From an uncultured Eubacteriales bacterium (GTDB taxonomy: Bacteria; Bacillota; Clostridia; UBA1381; UMGS1253), in NCBI GenBank assembly GCA_902492065.1, contig CABUKE010000001.1, positions 348,652 through 412,651 of the forward strand: 64,000 nucleotides of DNA, given 5' to 3'. Position 1 is the stretch's first letter, and every line of letters starts with the position of its first letter. The translations under genes and the position numbers were made by a program. This document shows positions 9,124-18,112 of this stretch, one piece after another. The notes under the pieces were generated by a model. That model was not told where the DNA came from and did not search any database. It worked only from the letters and a program-made list of their open reading frames with translations.

Positions 9124-10539
9124 ATGTATAACAGTAAAGCCATGAAGGCGGAGGAATTTATTGACGACGCGGAGATTCTGCGTACAATTGCATACGCAAA
9201 GGAACATAAAAATGATGTGGAACTGATTGAGAAGATACTGGAAAAGGCGGCGGACTACCATGGGCTGACGCATGAGGAGGCGGCAGTGCTGCTCGAGTGC
9301 GACGAGCCGGCGCTGCTGGAAAAAATTTATGATTTGGCGCAAAAGGTGAAGGAGAAAATCTACGGTCGCCGAATCGTCATGTTTGCGCCGCTGTATCTGT
9401 CGAATTACTGTGTCAACGAATGCCGTTACTGCCCGTATCACGGGTCGAACAAGCATATCTGTCGCAGAAAGCTCACGCAGGAGGAGATTCGTGAAGAGGT
9501 CATTGCGCTTCAGGATATGGGCCACAAGCGGCTTGCGTTGGAAACGGGCGAGGACCCGGTCAATAGCCCGATAGAGTATGTGCTCGAGAGTATTAAGACG
9601 ATCTACAGCGTCAAACATAAAAACGGCGCAATCCGCCGTGTCAACGTCAATATTGCCGCAACAACGGTGGAAAATTATCGCAAACTGAAGGAGGCGGGCA
9701 TCGGGACGTACATCCTGTTCCAGGAGACGTACCACAAGCCGACGTACGAGTACCTGCATCCGAAGGGGCCGAAGCACAACTATGCGTACCACACGGAGGC
9801 GATGGACCGTGCAATGGACGGCGGTATCGACGACGTGGGAATCGGCGTGCTGTTTGGATTGTACGAGTACCGTTACGACTTTATTGGCCTGCTGCTGCAC
9901 GCTAAACACTTGGAGGATGCGAAGGGCGTAGGGCCGCACACGATCAGCGTACCGCGTATCCGCCCGGCGGACGACGTGGATGTGCAGGAGTTCCCGAATG
10001 CGATTACCGACGCGTTGTTTAAAAAGATTGTCGCGATCCTGCGCCTTGCGGTGCCGTACACGGGCATTATCATTTCCACACGCGAGAGCGAGCAGAGCCG
10101 CGCCGAGGCGCTTAAAGTTGGCGTATCGCAGGTGAGCGGTGCATCGCGTACGAGCGTAGGCGGCTATGTGGACGGCGAGGAGGAGCTGAATACAGAGCAG
10201 TTTGAAATCAACGACACGCGTACGCTTGACGAGGTGGTGCGGTGGCTGTGCGAGCTGGGCTATATCCCGAGCTTCTGTACAGCGTGCTACCGCGAGGGAC
10301 GGACGGGCGACCGGTTCATGCGGCTTGCCAAGTCGGGCCATATTGGAAACGTCTGTCAGCCGAACGCGCTGATGACCTTTAAGGAGTATTTGGAGGACTA
10401 TGCCAGCGAGGAAACGAAGAAGGTCGGCGAAGCGATGATTGTAAAAGAGCTGGCGCAGATACCGAACGAGAAGGTCAAGGAACAGGCGCAGAAGTATATC
10501 GAGCAGCTTGTCGGCGGCGAGCGCGACTTCCGCTTCTAA
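9124..10539 (+). CDS. hydG: [FeFe]-hydrogenase H-cluster radical SAM maturase HydG
   Basis: Radical SAM CX3CX2C motif (CVNECRYCPY) and the C-terminal HydG-specific CX2CX22C (CTACYREGRTGDRFMRLAKSGHIGNVC). ThiH-like length. Confidence 0.92.
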   Translation: MYNSKAMKAEEFIDDAEILRTIAYAKEHKNDVELIEKILEKAADYHGLTHEEAAVLLECDEPALLEKIYDLAQKVKEKIYGRRIVMFAPLYLSNYCVNECRYCPYHGSNKHICRRKLTQEEIREEVIALQDMGHKRLALETGEDPVNSPIEYVLESIKTIYSVKHKNGAIRRVNVNIAATTVENYRKLKEAGIGTYILFQETYHKPTYEYLHPKGPKHNYAYHTEAMDRAMDGGIDDVGIGVLFGLYEYRYDFIGLLLHAKHLEDAKGVGPHTISVPRIRPADDVDVQEFPNAITDALFKKIVAILRLAVPYTGIIISTRESEQSRAEALKVGVSQVSGASRTSVGGYVDGEEELNTEQFEINDTRTLDEVVRWLCELGYIPSFCTACYREGRTGDRFMRLAKSGHIGNVCQPNALMTFKEYLEDYASEETKKVGEAMIVKELAQIPNEKVKEQAQKYIEQLVGGERDFRF

Positions 10540-10551
10540 GGAGGGGACAGC

Positions 10552-11760
10552 ATGGAGCAAAAGATGCACGATTTGAACCAAACGCCAAAGTCCGACCGGC
10601 TGCATATTGCCATTTTCGGCAAACGCAATGCGGGCAAGTCGTCGCTGATTAATGCTATTACGGGCCAGCAGACGGCAATTGTATCCGACACGGCGGGGAC
10701 GACGGCCGACCCGGTGTATAAAACCATGGAGCTCAGTCCTCTCGGGCCGTGCGTGCTGATTGACACGGCGGGCTTTGACGACGAGGGCGTTCTCGGCTCT
10801 CTGCGGGTCGAAAAAACACGCAAAGTCGTCGAGGCTGCGGACGTTGCCATACTGGTATTTGCGGATACAGATTTTACATTTGAAACTGAGTGGATTCAGA
10901 TGTTGAAGGAAAAGAGTACGCCCATCCTCGCAGTTGTGAATAAGGCCGATGTTTTGACAAATGCGGACGAAATCGCGGCTAAAGTTAGCGCGGAATTTGG
11001 CCTTGACGCGCTTTTGGTCAGCGCAGTAACGGGCGAGGGCATTGCACAGATACGGCCTGCACTGGCGCGCCTCGTTCCGGAAGGCTTTGGTACACAGTCG
11101 ATTGCGCGCCATCTCGCCGGCGCGGGCGACGTGGTGCTGCTCGTCATGCCGCAGGACATTCAGGCGCCAAAAGGACGGCTGATTTTACCGCAGGTGCAGA
11201 CTATACGTGACCTGCTCGACGGCAAGGCGCTTGTGCTGTCGTGTACGACGGACTGCCTGGACGGCGCGCTCGCCGCGCTCAAGGAGCCGCCCAAGCTCAT
11301 TATCACTGACTCGCAGGTGTTTGATGTGGTGTACCAAAAGAAGCCGGAGAAGAGCCTGCTAACTTCGTTTTCCGTACTGATGGCGCGCTATAAGGGCGAT
11401 ATTGCCGAGTTTGTGCGCGGCGCAGCGGCGATTGATACGCTGAAGGAAACAGACCGCGTGCTGATTGCCGAGGCATGTACTCATGCGCCGCTGTCCGAGG
11501 ACATTGGACGCGTCAAGATTCCGCGTATGCTCCGCCAGCGTGTGGGCGAGGGGCTGACGGTTGACATTGCCGCGGGTAACAGCTTCCCCGACGATTTGTC
11601 GCCGTATGCGCTCATTATCCACTGCGGCGCATGTATGTTTAACCGCCGCTACGTGCTCTCGCGTATTGAAAAGGCAAAGACGGCGGGCGTGCCGATTACA
11701 AATTACGGCGTGGCGATTGCGAAGCTGAAGGGAATCCTCGATAAAATTGAAACGTATTAA
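10552..11760 (+). CDS. hydF: [FeFe]-hydrogenase H-cluster maturation GTPase HydF
   Basis: GTPase motifs G1 GKRNAGKSS, G3 DTAG and G4 NKAD. C-terminal cluster ligands CTHAP...HCGACM. Confidence 0.92.
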   Translation: MEQKMHDLNQTPKSDRLHIAIFGKRNAGKSSLINAITGQQTAIVSDTAGTTADPVYKTMELSPLGPCVLIDTAGFDDEGVLGSLRVEKTRKVVEAADVAILVFADTDFTFETEWIQMLKEKSTPILAVVNKADVLTNADEIAAKVSAEFGLDALLVSAVTGEGIAQIRPALARLVPEGFGTQSIARHLAGAGDVVLLVMPQDIQAPKGRLILPQVQTIRDLLDGKALVLSCTTDCLDGALAALKEPPKLIITDSQVFDVVYQKKPEKSLLTSFSVLMARYKGDIAEFVRGAAAIDTLKETDRVLIAEACTHAPLSEDIGRVKIPRMLRQRVGEGLTVDIAAGNSFPDDLSPYALIIHCGACMFNRRYVLSRIEKAKTAGVPITNYGVAIAKLKGILDKIETY

Positions 11761-11768
11761 TTTTTACG

Positions 11769-11798
11769 AAAAAGCAGCCCTTTTGGGGCTGCTTTTTT
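11769..11798. terminator. Bidirectional rho-independent terminator
   Basis: gcagccc tttt(g) gggctgc flanked by an A-run and T6, between convergent hydF and the RHH gene. Confidence 0.8.
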
Positions 11799-11811
11799 AT
11801 GTCCCTCAAAA

Positions 11812-11994
11812 TTATTTCAACTGCTTTAAATCATTTACCGTTATTTGCTCGTTTGTTTCTTCAAATTCCCGGATACACTTCTGCACAAGATAGATGACCT
11901 GCCCATTCATAGAACGTCCCTCATAGCGGGCGATAAATTTCAGTTTTGCATGCAGCTCCTGCTTTACATGAATTCCCAAGTGTTTGCTTTTCAT
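11812..11994 (-). CDS. Arc/CopG-like ribbon-helix-helix DNA-binding protein (60 aa)
   Basis: The N-terminal beta-strand region KHLGIHVKQELHAKLKFIA is followed by two short helices. The SD gaggag is present. GC is visibly lower than in neighbouring genes. Confidence 0.6.
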   Translation of the reverse strand: MKSKHLGIHVKQELHAKLKFIARYEGRSMNGQVIYLVQKCIREFEETNEQITVNDLKQLK

Positions 11995-12012
11995 GGTGTT
12001 TGCTCCTCAGTT

Positions 12013-12094
12013 TGTACTTATTTTCTGTTCGTTATAAGTTGATAATATACTTTTTCTATGGTAAAATGTTGAAGGTGTACTTAAAATAAGTACA
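12013..12094. promoter_or_regulatory. Candidate operator set: TGTACTTA half-site (12013-12020) plus 19-nt palindrome TGTACTTA-AAA-TAAGTACA (12076-12094)
   Basis: The palindrome has perfect 8-nt arms. It sits just downstream of the -10 of the methyltransferase promoter, and the single half-site sits between the RHH gene's promoter region and its SD. Confidence 0.5.
12039..12067 (+). promoter_or_regulatory. Sigma-A promoter with extended -10 (TTGATA-17-TGgTAAAAT)
   Basis: Hexamers at 12039-12044 and 12062-12067, with TG at 12059-12060. Confidence 0.55.
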
Positions 12095-12182
12095 GTAAAT
12101 CTTTCGCAGGCAATTTTGCGGCTTTTGCTTTTTAAAAATTGGGAAAGATAAACTGAGAATCAAAGAATTGGAGAGAGTGTAT

Positions 12183-13028
12183 ATGATGTTGCGGACAAAG
12201 TTACTGTTGATGTTTAATAAATGCTTTAAAGCGCCGGTCCATCCGTTCAACCTACAGCGTGAGGGTGTAAAGTCCTATGCGATGTGGCAGTACGAAAAGG
12301 GTGCAGACACGATCAAGTTTTATCTTAAAAAGTATAGCATAGAGGAGATGTTTGCCGGCAAGACGGTGGCCGATATCGGGTGCGGTGCAGCGGGGAAGTC
12401 ACTCTACTACGCGGCAAACGGTGCGGAAAAGGTGTACGGCGTAGAAATCTTGGAAAAGTACCGGGCAGAGGCGGACAAACTTGCGTCCGAGCTGGGGCTG
12501 GCCGACCGGTTCGAGTTTATATGTGCAGACGCGGCGAGATTGCCGTTTGCTGACAACAGCATTGACACGATGATTATGAACGACGCTATGGAGCATGTGG
12601 ACGAGCCGGAGGCTGTCCTGCGCGAGTGTCGGCGGGTACTGCGTCCGGGCGGGCGGCTGTATGTGAACTTTCCGCCGTATCACCACCCGTTTGGCGCGCA
12701 TTTGAGCGATTTAATCTATATTCCGTGGGTTCAGCTGTTTTTCCCGGAGAAGGTGCTGATTGAGGCGTATAAGGAGCTGGCAAAGACGTGCCCGGACGGG
12801 CAGGAACGGATTGACTTCCGGATTTCAAAGCGAAAGGATGGCACAGAGTATTTTTCCTACATCAACCATATGACAATCAAACGCTTTGAGCGCATTTTGC
12901 GCACCGAACAGATTGCGCCGGCCTATTATCACCACGAACCGCTGCGCGGCATGTTCCGGCAGCTATGCCGCCTGCCGCTTCTGCGGGAAATGCTGGTGAA
13001 GATGGTCGTTTGCGTTATCGAGAAATAA
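12183..13028 (+). CDS. Class I SAM-dependent methyltransferase, substrate unknown
   Basis: Motif I VADIGCGAAG, a post-I acidic residue (GVEIL) and the motif LRPGGRLYV. I chose the ATG at 12183 after the SD ggagagag. Confidence 0.8.
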   Translation: MMLRTKLLLMFNKCFKAPVHPFNLQREGVKSYAMWQYEKGADTIKFYLKKYSIEEMFAGKTVADIGCGAAGKSLYYAANGAEKVYGVEILEKYRAEADKLASELGLADRFEFICADAARLPFADNSIDTMIMNDAMEHVDEPEAVLRECRRVLRPGGRLYVNFPPYHHPFGAHLSDLIYIPWVQLFFPEKVLIEAYKELAKTCPDGQERIDFRISKRKDGTEYFSYINHMTIKRFERILRTEQIAPAYYHHEPLRGMFRQLCRLPLLREMLVKMVVCVIEK

Positions 13029-13123
13029 AGGGGAAGTGTATTTGCTGAACTTTGGCAAGGCTTGTATTAAGCTGCTTTTTCTAATCAATAAAATTTGTAC
13101 GCATAGGAAAGAGGAAAAATAGA

Positions 13124-13663
13124 ATGAGCAAAAATGTTTTGGTGATTACATCCAGTTACCGAAAGGGCAGCAATTCGGAAGAATTAGCAAATTATTTCAT
13201 AAAAGGCGCAAAAGACAATGGAAATCAAGTCGAAAAAGTCCGGTTATGTGAGAAACATATTAAGTTTTGTATAGGTTGTTTAGCCTGTCAAAAAACAGGA
13301 AAATGTGTTTTGAAAGATGATGCGGCAGAAATTGTCAACAAAATGAGGAAAGCGGAGGTAATTGCTTTTGCAACGCCGATTTATTACTATGAACTGTCAG
13401 GCCAGATGAAAACATTGCTGGACAGGTCGAACCCGCTGTTCAATACAGAATATGCCTTTCGGGATATTTATCTTTTGACGGCTGCTGCTGAGGATGAAAA
13501 GGATACAGATGCAACGGCTATCGGGGGACTGAACGGCTGGATTTCGTGTTTTGAACATGCAAAACTTGCGGGAACCATATTTGCTGGCGGAGTGGAAAGC
13601 GCGGGGGATATTAACGGGCATCCGGCGCTTGCAGCTGCTTACAATATGGGAAAAGCAATTTAA
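13124..13663 (+). CDS. Iron-sulfur flavoprotein / NADPH-dependent FMN reductase family (flavodoxin-like fold)
   Basis: N-terminal VLVITSSYRKGSNS and a compact cluster motif CX2CX2CX5C (CIGCLACQKTGKC). GC is visibly lower than in flanking genes. Confidence 0.8.
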   Translation: MSKNVLVITSSYRKGSNSEELANYFIKGAKDNGNQVEKVRLCEKHIKFCIGCLACQKTGKCVLKDDAAEIVNKMRKAEVIAFATPIYYYELSGQMKTLLDRSNPLFNTEYAFRDIYLLTAAAEDEKDTDATAIGGLNGWISCFEHAKLAGTIFAGGVESAGDINGHPALAAAYNMGKAI

Positions 13664-13684
13664 TATAATGCCGCATAAATAATA

Positions 13685-13713
13685 GCGCCGCAGCCTTTTG
13701 GCTGCGGCGCTTT
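13685..13713. terminator. Bidirectional terminator hairpin
   Basis: Perfect 11-bp stem gcgccgcagcc/ggctgcggcgc with a tttt loop, between convergent genes. Confidence 0.75.
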
Positions 13714-13729
13714 GCCGTATTTATTTGCT

Positions 13730-16700
13730 TTATTTTTGCAGATTGAACCGAATTTCTTTAATTGCGTTCCAATCGCTGGTATTATTGCCCTTTGCTACGT
13801 ACTTGATGTATTTTGCTGTTACAGGCGTGGGGAACGTAAAGGTTTCACTTTCGGTCTTGCCATTGCCCGCTCCATCCGTAATTACAGGCGTAAAGTTTAC
13901 GCCGTCTGTGGAGGCCAAAACGTCAAAGTACGCGATACGTTCGGTCGCTTTGTTCAGATAAATAAGCATTGACTCAATCGTATATTCCTGATCAAATTCA
14001 TACACAATCCATTCGTCAGTGCCCTCTACCGACCATACCGTACTGAGGTCGCCGTCGAACGAATACTCGCCGACCTCGCCGTTAAAGTCACCGCTTGTTT
14101 CGCAGCCAATAATCGACGCAATGGTTTCATCCTGATTCGGCGGTATGATAATTCCGGGCGTAATCAGAACGCTCTGTGAGAACGGATCCCACTCAACCTT
14201 TGCGTTAAATGCCTCGGAAACAAAGCGTACCGGAACCACAAAACGGTCGTTATGGATGGTCGCCGTAACGTCAAGCGCCTGTTCCGCACCGTCAATATAA
14301 GCAACATTGCTGCCCTCGGTAATCGTTACCACGCGGCCGTCCTTGCTTGCTGTAGCAGTTGCGGTGGATTCGTCCCAATCTACCTCTGCTTCCAAAGCTT
14401 CAAAGATTGCGCGCATCGGAACGAGGGTCCGGTCGCCTTCAAGATAAGCCGGAACATCCGAGTAGATGTACATACCGCCGACTTTAATGCCGATTGTTTC
14501 AACATCCTGCAATACGGGGTTTATTTCATCGCGCGTTGCATTGGTGTCCTTGTACGTGAGCGTTACCGTACCTGCCGGTGCGGTGAAGTATGCTACGCCG
14601 CCTTCCTCAGTTACGATTACGTCCTCGCCGGTGCTTACTGTCCAAGTACCTGCCGTCAGACCTGCAACAAACATTTTGTAATCGCCGCTGCCCGGTACGT
14701 CAAAGGAGAGTGAACCGGAAATGCGGTCTTTATCCTTTGCAAATACTGCTACACGGTTCGAGATAACTGCGCCGGCATAGTTGTCGCCCTCAATAAGCGT
14801 GCTTTCAAGGTCAGCCGCTGTTGTATCAGCGTCAGAAACCGTCATAACATTCAGGAAGTAGTCGGTTTTGTTTGCCTCGGCCGGAGAAACCTCCACGCGG
14901 CCCCAGCCAACTTCAGCAGCCGCATTTGCGGTTCCAGTATACTCGTAGTTTGTGTCACCAATCATGAACTGCTGGCCTTCGCCGCCGATTTTCGTAATGT
15001 CAACCGACTTTGGAAGCAGAGTTTCATTTACCATGCGGCCGTTATAGTCCCCGTCTGTCCGGGTTACGATAATCTTGTTGCCGTCTACCTGCGGCTCTTC
15101 CTGCATGTGCAACAGCCAGCTCTTCTGGAAGTTTTCGTTCGTGCTTGTTACCTTGTCCATGACAATGAACGTCGCCGGGTGGTCGCTGTCCTCGAGCGGC
15201 AGGAATACCATGCTGCGCAGAACTTCGTCCACCTTTTCCGAATATGCATCCGTGATATCGCCGGCAAGGTAGCTGTACTCCGGCGTTACCGGGTCGGGGC
15301 CAAACTCGTGCGCGGTTACGCTTGCGCGCTGGTAGCCTTCGTTCATCCACTGTTCCATGTTGACCGGCTCTGCGCCGTTCATTGGTGTTTTCTGGCCGCC
15401 GTCGTTTGCAACAGTGCCATAGTAATCCATCTTCTCATCCGGGTCATAAATGGTAAGGATGTTATGCGCAATGCCGCGCTTATGGTAGTTATAGTCATGC
15501 TTGGAGCCGTAGCCAGAACCATAGTAACCGGACTCGCTTGCCAGAATACCCTTATAGTAAATCTGGAAGTTACCCGAGTCGAGATGCTCATGGTTTGATG
15601 CCCAACGCTCGCCGATCTTCATGTAAGCAATTGCATCTGGAGAATCATAGCCATCACTCCAGCCTGTGCGCGCAATCATGGCGCCGTTCGGGCTGCCAAA
15701 GTAACGGGTGAGCGGAAGTGCTACGTTCGACTTGCCCTGCAGGTTCGGATCATTCAAAATCAGGTGCATGGTCGGCGTATATGCGCCTTCCGTATCCTCC
15801 GGGAAACTTGCCAGGTTTGGCGAGCATTTTTCCGCCTCGCGCTTCAGGTATGGATCATTGTAGTATGCCGACCCGTACAAAAGTGTGGACAGATAGCTCG
15901 GCCAGAAGCTGGAACGCTGGTTGCCGTACTCGTTAAAGTCGTCGCCGGTGCGGATATTCTGCCCGTCCGGACGGCGGCGATACAGCAGCTCATAAAATAC
16001 GCTGTGGAAATCGTCCGAGAAAACATCCACACCGCTCATGCGCTTGAACATGAATGCGCAGATAATGTCGTTCCCGTATCTTGCATAGGAGCTGCCCTGA
16101 TGGTAGCTGCCCGACTGATAGTAGTAGTTTCTCGGCTCGATATATTCATCAAAGAAGCGACCAGCTACATAATTGTAAATGTCAGGCTGCTCATCATAGG
16201 TCGCAATTGCAAACGACATCAGATGGACGAGAAGCTGTCCCTCTGCACCGTGGCCGACGATAACGCCCATTTTATTCGGCGGATAGCCAATCGACAAATA
16301 AGACGCATGTGATGCTGTGTTAGCAATCAAAAGCGTTTTATCGTCGTCGCTGAGCAGGTTGTAACACCAGTCATAAACCTTGCCGACCGTCATAATCATA
16401 CGGCCATATGCGCGGACAGCGAACTGGTCGTTTACAAAGTCTGCCGTTGCAAGTGCGTTCTTTATCATAGCGATTGCAGACTTTCCGTGTTCCGCATTGC
16501 CGTTAATGGCGTAGTCGTACGCCTTTGCCTCGATTGCGTTAAATACCTGATAATCGAAGTTGCTCTTTCCTGCTTCCGGAGCTGGAAGCGTACCGTCGGA
16601 GTCATAGTTCATCGACTTTTCCCAAGCCGCTTTTGCAGCCGCATTCTGTTCCGCGTCAAGATTTGCCTTCAGCGTCGGAATGTCTGCCTCAGTAAAAAGC

Positions 16701-17878
16701 AGGCGCGGATGCGACGGAGGCGGTGTGATGGATGGCAGCGGATAGTCGCCGCTCGGCAGCGTCGACACGGATGCCTGGGTCGGGTCTGGGTCCATCCCCT
16801 CCGGGTTAAATGCCTTGTTACTTGTTACAATGAATTTGTCAATGTTAATATTATAGCTCTGGCGCGCAATCAGCCGAACCATGCCAATGCCTCCAGCCGC
16901 GTTGACAGTCACCGTTGCAAGCTTTGTCCAGGCAAATTCCTCTGGTGTACCCTGAATGACAAAATATTTGTACGGGTCTGAGCCGGTCGAGAGGAATATG
17001 CTGTTGCCGGAAGAGTTTTCCTGCGTAGCCGTGCTACGCATCCAGACGTTGTATGTCCCTGGTGCATCTGCAACAAAAGAGAGGTCAATGTCTGCATCCT
17101 GTGTTGCAGGCGGTTCGTTTTTGTCCTCGGTCTGAACGCCGAGTGCCTTTCCGCCGGAGGCCGCTTCATTTTTCACTTCCGCGAAACGGGTCTTATTGTA
17201 CGCCATGTCCTCCGCTTCTACAATTGCGTTGCCTTTTTCTGTTTTAATGGCAACCTTATCCGCAGACGGTGTGCTGACCGGAGAGGGGGTCGGCGTTGCT
17301 TCTGCAAGACCGAGCGAAACGTCGTCCGGCTTAAAAGACGTATCGTTTGTGATGATGAAGCGGTCAAACGCAATCCCCATCATCTGCCGTACACGCAGAC
17401 GTGCGTAGCCTGTTTCGCCTGCTGCAACATTCATGCTGCAAAGCTTTGTCCAAGCCGGCTCGTCTGGTTCGCCCTCGATTTTTGTCCAACTATAAGGCTG
17501 ATCCGGGCCTCCGTAGGAAAAATAAACGCTCTGGCCGGCCATGTTGGACACGGAAGCAGTATTACGCATCCAAATCGTGTATGTACCGCCGACGTCAGCT
17601 TTAAAACTGAGGTCAATGTGTGCCTCGGCATCAGGGGCCGGTTCGGCCTGATCCTCCGCCGGGACACTGAGTGCTTTCCCGTTCGAATACAGGTCCTTGT
17701 CCTTGACCAGCTTCAGCTTGTCCTTGTTGTAATCGGTGTCCTCAGCCTCAAAGTCGAGGTAGCCGTCCTTTGTCTCCATGTTCAGCGCGGCGCTCGTCCA
17801 AACCATGCCGGATGGCAGGATTGTCAGGAGCATTGCAATGCTGAGCAGACAGCAAAGGATTTTGCTCATCTTTCTCAT
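13730..17878 (-). CDS. Secreted 1382-aa multidomain heparinase II/III-like (polysaccharide lyase-like) protein
   Basis: Domain order: signal peptide; two tandem homologous beta-sandwich modules; an alginate-lyase/heparinase II/III-type core (HPRLLFTEADIPTLK ... NHEHLDSGNFQIYYKG); a copper-amine-oxidase-N-like domain (LVPMRAIFEALEAEVDWD); and a C-terminal F5/8 type C discoidin-like domain. Confidence 0.75.
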   Translation of the reverse strand: MRKMSKILCCLLSIAMLLTILPSGMVWTSAALNMETKDGYLDFEAEDTDYNKDKLKLVKDKDLYSNGKALSVPAEDQAEPAPDAEAHIDLSFKADVGGTYTIWMRNTASVSNMAGQSVYFSYGGPDQPYSWTKIEGEPDEPAWTKLCSMNVAAGETGYARLRVRQMMGIAFDRFIITNDTSFKPDDVSLGLAEATPTPSPVSTPSADKVAIKTEKGNAIVEAEDMAYNKTRFAEVKNEAASGGKALGVQTEDKNEPPATQDADIDLSFVADAPGTYNVWMRSTATQENSSGNSIFLSTGSDPYKYFVIQGTPEEFAWTKLATVTVNAAGGIGMVRLIARQSYNINIDKFIVTSNKAFNPEGMDPDPTQASVSTLPSGDYPLPSITPPPSHPRLLFTEADIPTLKANLDAEQNAAAKAAWEKSMNYDSDGTLPAPEAGKSNFDYQVFNAIEAKAYDYAINGNAEHGKSAIAMIKNALATADFVNDQFAVRAYGRMIMTVGKVYDWCYNLLSDDDKTLLIANTASHASYLSIGYPPNKMGVIVGHGAEGQLLVHLMSFAIATYDEQPDIYNYVAGRFFDEYIEPRNYYYQSGSYHQGSSYARYGNDIICAFMFKRMSGVDVFSDDFHSVFYELLYRRRPDGQNIRTGDDFNEYGNQRSSFWPSYLSTLLYGSAYYNDPYLKREAEKCSPNLASFPEDTEGAYTPTMHLILNDPNLQGKSNVALPLTRYFGSPNGAMIARTGWSDGYDSPDAIAYMKIGERWASNHEHLDSGNFQIYYKGILASESGYYGSGYGSKHDYNYHKRGIAHNILTIYDPDEKMDYYGTVANDGGQKTPMNGAEPVNMEQWMNEGYQRASVTAHEFGPDPVTPEYSYLAGDITDAYSEKVDEVLRSMVFLPLEDSDHPATFIVMDKVTSTNENFQKSWLLHMQEEPQVDGNKIIVTRTDGDYNGRMVNETLLPKSVDITKIGGEGQQFMIGDTNYEYTGTANAAAEVGWGRVEVSPAEANKTDYFLNVMTVSDADTTAADLESTLIEGDNYAGAVISNRVAVFAKDKDRISGSLSFDVPGSGDYKMFVAGLTAGTWTVSTGEDVIVTEEGGVAYFTAPAGTVTLTYKDTNATRDEINPVLQDVETIGIKVGGMYIYSDVPAYLEGDRTLVPMRAIFEALEAEVDWDESTATATASKDGRVVTITEGSNVAYIDGAEQALDVTATIHNDRFVVPVRFVSEAFNAKVEWDPFSQSVLITPGIIIPPNQDETIASIIGCETSGDFNGEVGEYSFDGDLSTVWSVEGTDEWIVYEFDQEYTIESMLIYLNKATERIAYFDVLASTDGVNFTPVITDGAGNGKTESETFTFPTPVTAKYIKYVAKGNNTSDWNAIKEIRFNLQK

Positions 17879-18112
17879 ATAGGTTCCTCCTTCATTGGGT
17901 ATAAGTTACAACATAATTCTATCACAGGTCATACAATAGTCAATAACGCAATATTACCCTAAAATATAATGTTTTGACCAAAATGGCGAAATATGGGAGG
18001 ATATGGAACAAAAAAGAGAGTTTTAAAGAAAAAAGGGAAATAATTTTTAAGGGCAGAAACTATCGCTTGACTTTTTTCGCATTCTATGTAAAAATAGAAA
18101 CGAGGTGGTTTC

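Noticed and set aside
9031-11112. A 693-aa ORF antisense to hydG and hydF, spanning both genes.
   Set aside because: Its codons are exactly aligned with the sense codons: hydG (9124) and hydF (10552) share a frame, and the antisense triplets start in that same register. In this register, antisense stops correspond to sense TTA, CTA and TCA, which this organism evidently avoids, so long open antisense frames arise passively. The translation is Arg/Leu-rich and low in complexity, has no SD, and both sense genes have unmistakable catalytic motifs.
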